Source of the DNA: Candidatus Velthaea sp.
Lineage (GTDB): Bacteria > Vulcanimicrobiota > Vulcanimicrobiia > Vulcanimicrobiales > Vulcanimicrobiaceae
NCBI GenBank assembly: GCA_050012475.1
Contig: JBEKHC010000040.1
Span: forward strand, 1-64,000
Length of the DNA: 64,000 nucleotides
Direction of reading: 5' to 3'
Shown here one piece after another: positions 61,001 through 64,000 of the stretch. The notes under the pieces were generated by a model, which was not told the DNA's origin, ran no database searches, and worked only from the letters and a program-made list of their open reading frames with translations. Numbering within the stretch: position 1 is the stretch's first letter; the number at the start of each line of letters is the position of its first letter. The position numbers and the translations under genes were made by a program.

Positions 61001-61378
61001 ATGCAGAATTTATTGGTTCCGGACCCAGAAAACCTCGCGAACCGCTACGTGGCCTTGTGGAATGAAGATGACGGAGCTGCTCGGCGCGATTCGATCCACG
61101 CGCTCTGGGCGGACGACGGTTGGCATGTCGCGCCGACGATCACCGCTCGCGGTTTTGAGGAGCTCGAAGCTCGCGTCGCACGCTCGCATCAGCGCTGGAT
61201 CGTCGAGAACGCCTGCCGGTTCCGGCTAAAAGAAGCCCCGGCCGGCCACCATAACGTCCTCCGAATCGGCTGGGAGATGATCGATCCCGAGGGCAGTGTC
61301 GAGTCGATCGGAACCGAGATCCTCGTGTTCAACGAGACTGGCAAGATCTCGTGCGTCTACCAGTTCATCGAGCAATGA
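61001..61378 (+). CDS. SnoaL/NTF2-like protein
   Basis: RYVALWNEDD..RR, GKISCVYQF; divergent from HxlR. Confidence 0.8.
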   Translation: MQNLLVPDPENLANRYVALWNEDDGAARRDSIHALWADDGWHVAPTITARGFEELEARVARSHQRWIVENACRFRLKEAPAGHHNVLRIGWEMIDPEGSVESIGTEILVFNETGKISCVYQFIEQ

Positions 61379-61410
61379 TTCGTACGAGCCGGCTCGGGGC
61401 CGAGGGGACC

Positions 61411-61530
61411 GGCGTGAAGTGCCGTCGACGTCATCGATCGCCGACGACGTGACCGGCCTCAACGCTGGTGATCGCGTAATGGTGTCGATCTTCCCGCGCT
61501 GGAACGCCGGGCCATTTCGTCCTCGATTGC
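61411..61530 (+). pseudogene. Zn-type alcohol dehydrogenase (MDR) remnant
   Basis: DDVTGLNAGDRVMVSIFPRWNAG. Confidence 0.5.
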
Positions 61531-61862
61531 GCAGATCACCTCGGTGGTTCCGTCGATGAAGCGTCGGCCGAGCAAACGGCCATTCGCGCCGAGGCGCCAT
61601 ACGCATCCCCGACTGTCTCACCTGTGAGCATACGCGACGTTCCTTTGCACCCCCGGCGTGACGGCTGTCAGTTCGCTCCCGCGCCAAGCGACGTCGCTCG
61701 AGCGTGCGAAGAAAAATGCAGTTGGCTGCGTGGCGCTAATGCTCCACATCGAGCTGTTCACGCCGGCTTATTATTAAAGAGAGCATCGAGGTCGCTGACA
61801 ACCGCATGGGAAGACTCTCGATCGTATGGCGAATCACGGCCAAAATCGGGAATAATCGTGCC

Positions 61863-62204
61863 ATGAACAATTCCGGCCTCAATGTATTCGCCCGCTTTCG
61901 AGCCAAGGTTGGTCAGGAGGGACGCGTGCGGCGTACTCTGCTGGATATGATTGAGCCTACGGTGCGAGAGAGCGCAAACATCGGCTATGCCCTGTATGCA
62001 GCGAAAGATGATCCGACGCTACTTCTACTGTATGAACAGTGGGAAGACATGGCCGGGCTCGAGGCCCACATGGCTCAGCCGTATTTCGCAGAGATGAGGC
62101 GCCGACTCGACGGCGCCCTCGTTGAGCCTCCGGAGGTGATCACTTCAACCATGATCGGCGGTAGTACCGCTCAGTCTTCCGCAGAGACGCCAGTGAAGTC
62201 CTAA
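61863..62204 (+). CDS. ABM/putative quinol monooxygenase
   Basis: ARFRAKVG, YEQWED, AHMAQPYF. Confidence 0.88.
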   Translation: MNNSGLNVFARFRAKVGQEGRVRRTLLDMIEPTVRESANIGYALYAAKDDPTLLLLYEQWEDMAGLEAHMAQPYFAEMRRRLDGALVEPPEVITSTMIGGSTAQSSAETPVKS

Positions 62205-62406
62205 CCGCCCTTTAACGCCCGAGCTTTTCACGTCAATGACTGGTACCCGAGAGGCGCTATTTTTATACGGCATTTAAGCCGAGGGCGAAATAAGTAGTCA
62301 CCTCTGAGTTGGGAGCGTCGTAGGTGCCTCTTCTAATGAGCTTGCTTGCGTAAGATGCAGGTACAACTTAGCGGCTCGAACCGCCACGATCCAGAATGCA
62401 AACTTT

Positions 62407-63501
62407 ATGCGTCTGCCATCAACAATTATCTCCATTCGGGTTGTCTGCCTCGTGGGCTTGGCCTTCGGGATCGTCTGGCGCCTGCCCGCTGCGGGGCAAG
62501 GTGTAAGCGTGACGCTCAACGGATCGACGCTAAATTTGGCTCCCGCACCGCAAGAACGCGCCGGCCGGATTTTTGTCCCCTTACGCGGAATTTTCGAGCA
62601 GCTTGGGGCGTCCGTCGTGTACCAGAACGGAATTATCAACGCCCAGGGAAATGGTCGCGCGGTTTCGCTGCACATCGGTTCGACGCAGGCGACCGTCAAC
62701 GGTCAACCGCAAAATCTCGATGTCGCGCCGTTCGTCGTCGGCGCTAGTACGTATGTCCCTCTGCGCTTCGTCTCGCAGGCACTCGGCGCTGGTGTCAATT
62801 ACGACGCTGCCAACAAGATCGTCGCGCTCACCAACGGAGACGCCGCAGCAGCTTTGCCCACGGCGTTGAACGCGAGCCGGGTGCGGTTGGGATCGGTACG
62901 GCCGGCCCGCGATGCAACCGTACCGGCGCAGCGCCCGACGGTGGAGGCGCAGTTCGTGGGCAGCGAAGTCGATCCGAATACGTTACGGATCGCACTCGAC
63001 GATCTCGATATCACCTCGACGACATCGCGTTCGCCGTCCGGCTTCGTTTTTTCACCGCCATCCGATCTGCAATCGATCCGTCACACGGTTCGAGTGACCG
63101 GGACCGATCGGACCGGTGCTCCCTTCGAGGCCCGCTGGTCGTTCACGTCCGGTACTTCGGCGGTCGAGAACAGGCTAGGCGGCGTAGCTCCCTCCGATGG
63201 GGCGCAGGTCGGCAGTCAGTTCAGGGTCAGTGGTCACACCCTCCCCGGAGCGCTCGTCGTCGTTCAAGTCGGCGCGGCCGCCGGCAATGCGAATACCGTT
63301 GCCGGGGCAGTAGGGTCGATCTTGGGCCTCGGCGGCGCGAACGTGCGCAATGAAGTAACGGCAAACGCCGACGGTTCGTTTTCGACCGTTATCGCGACCA
63401 ACGCGCCACCGGAAACGACCCTTACAATGATCGTCAACTCGACCGACCCGCGGACCAAGGCAGCAGCCCACCCTATTGCTCGCACGTTAACCGTTCGCTG
63501 A
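62407..63501 (+). CDS. Secreted protein: copper-amine-oxidase N-terminal (stalk) domain plus Ig-like domains
   Basis: GRIFVPLRGIFEQLGA, TYVPLRFVSQALGA; signal peptide. Confidence 0.9.
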   Translation: MRLPSTIISIRVVCLVGLAFGIVWRLPAAGQGVSVTLNGSTLNLAPAPQERAGRIFVPLRGIFEQLGASVVYQNGIINAQGNGRAVSLHIGSTQATVNGQPQNLDVAPFVVGASTYVPLRFVSQALGAGVNYDAANKIVALTNGDAAAALPTALNASRVRLGSVRPARDATVPAQRPTVEAQFVGSEVDPNTLRIALDDLDITSTTSRSPSGFVFSPPSDLQSIRHTVRVTGTDRTGAPFEARWSFTSGTSAVENRLGGVAPSDGAQVGSQFRVSGHTLPGALVVVQVGAAAGNANTVAGAVGSILGLGGANVRNEVTANADGSFSTVIATNAPPETTLTMIVNSTDPRTKAAAHPIARTLTVR

Positions 63502-63878
63502 CTTCTGTTGCACCGGGCGGTGCACGATGTTCACGGCTCTAATCGCTATTCGGCGGATCCTCGACCACTCAAGGTCTACGTGTAGCTGCTCAACATTTTC
63601 GGCAGCAATGCGGACACCGAAGCTTGCGCTTTCCTTTGATGGTTTCCGGATCGCACGGCCGGAAACTGGGTCCGTTTCATCTCGGTGCCGGACGGGCATC
63701 AGCGGGGTGGCCGCCAGAAGCAGCTTCAAGGGCGCATGCGTCGGGTTCACGGAGCACGTCTGAGGATGCAATCATTCCAGGCGATGCGAAGCGCGGGGAT
63801 GTTTGTAGAAGCCTCGACGCCGCACGAGAGGGTTTCGACGAGATTGTCAGTCTTCGATGTCGGCGCACGCCTGGCGCG

Positions 63879-64000
63879 TCATCGACTATCCCGTCCCCTC
63901 AAAGGCCCGGCGACCTTATAGGTACTGATGATGATGCCGGACGGCATTGCATTCGTGCTGACAAGGTCGAATGAGCGTGGCGGGGTTCCCGCTGCGAAGA
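63879..64000 (-). CDS. DHFR/RibD-C family protein, 3' end only
   Basis: FAAGTPPRSFDLVSTNAMPSGIIISTYKV...stop at 63879; runs off the window. Confidence 0.65.
   Translation of the reverse strand, partial: FAAGTPPRSFDLVSTNAMPSGIIISTYKVAGPLRGRDSR

Noticed and set aside
1..64000. Numerous long Arg/Ala/Pro-rich ORFs in the six-frame track; tRNA and rRNA genes
   Set aside because: The ORFs are high-GC shadow frames of recognised genes; I saw no tRNA or rRNA signatures by eye.

Overview
High-GC bacterial accessory region. The gene repertoire (copper-amine-oxidase-N 'stalk' protein, HAF/NHL-repeat secreted proteins, XRE-ATPase regulators, OmpW) suggests a diderm such as Ca. Eremiobacterota, but this is inference only. 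(1) 1-7060: the distal part of an Rhs polymorphic-toxin cassette array. It holds an N-terminally truncated, frameshifted Rhs, a second orphan Rhs-CT, two toxin-tip remnants, four putative immunity genes, two more Rhs-core scars and three IS remnants. (2) 7062-16730: an intact L-idonate/5-ketogluconate/gluconate catabolic cluster with a sugar ABC transporter and three GntR(LacI)-type operators, each overlapping a promoter -10. (3) 16.8-64 kb: a mosaic of small regulated modules and many pseudogene fragments. Modules include methyltransferase-TauE-Cys hydrolase facing tandem XRE-STAND regulators, MarR-MFS, CMD-monooxygenase-ECF41 with a consensus ECF41 promoter, DeoR-MFS, hydrolase-TetR, an MCP with a sigma28-like promoter, and HxlR-SnoaL. 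I saw no rRNA, tRNA or CRISPR array. The best candidates for something undescribed are the Rhs toxin/immunity set and the twin-STAND module with its shared ACTGTACG motif. All family calls are by-eye motif recognition, not database results.
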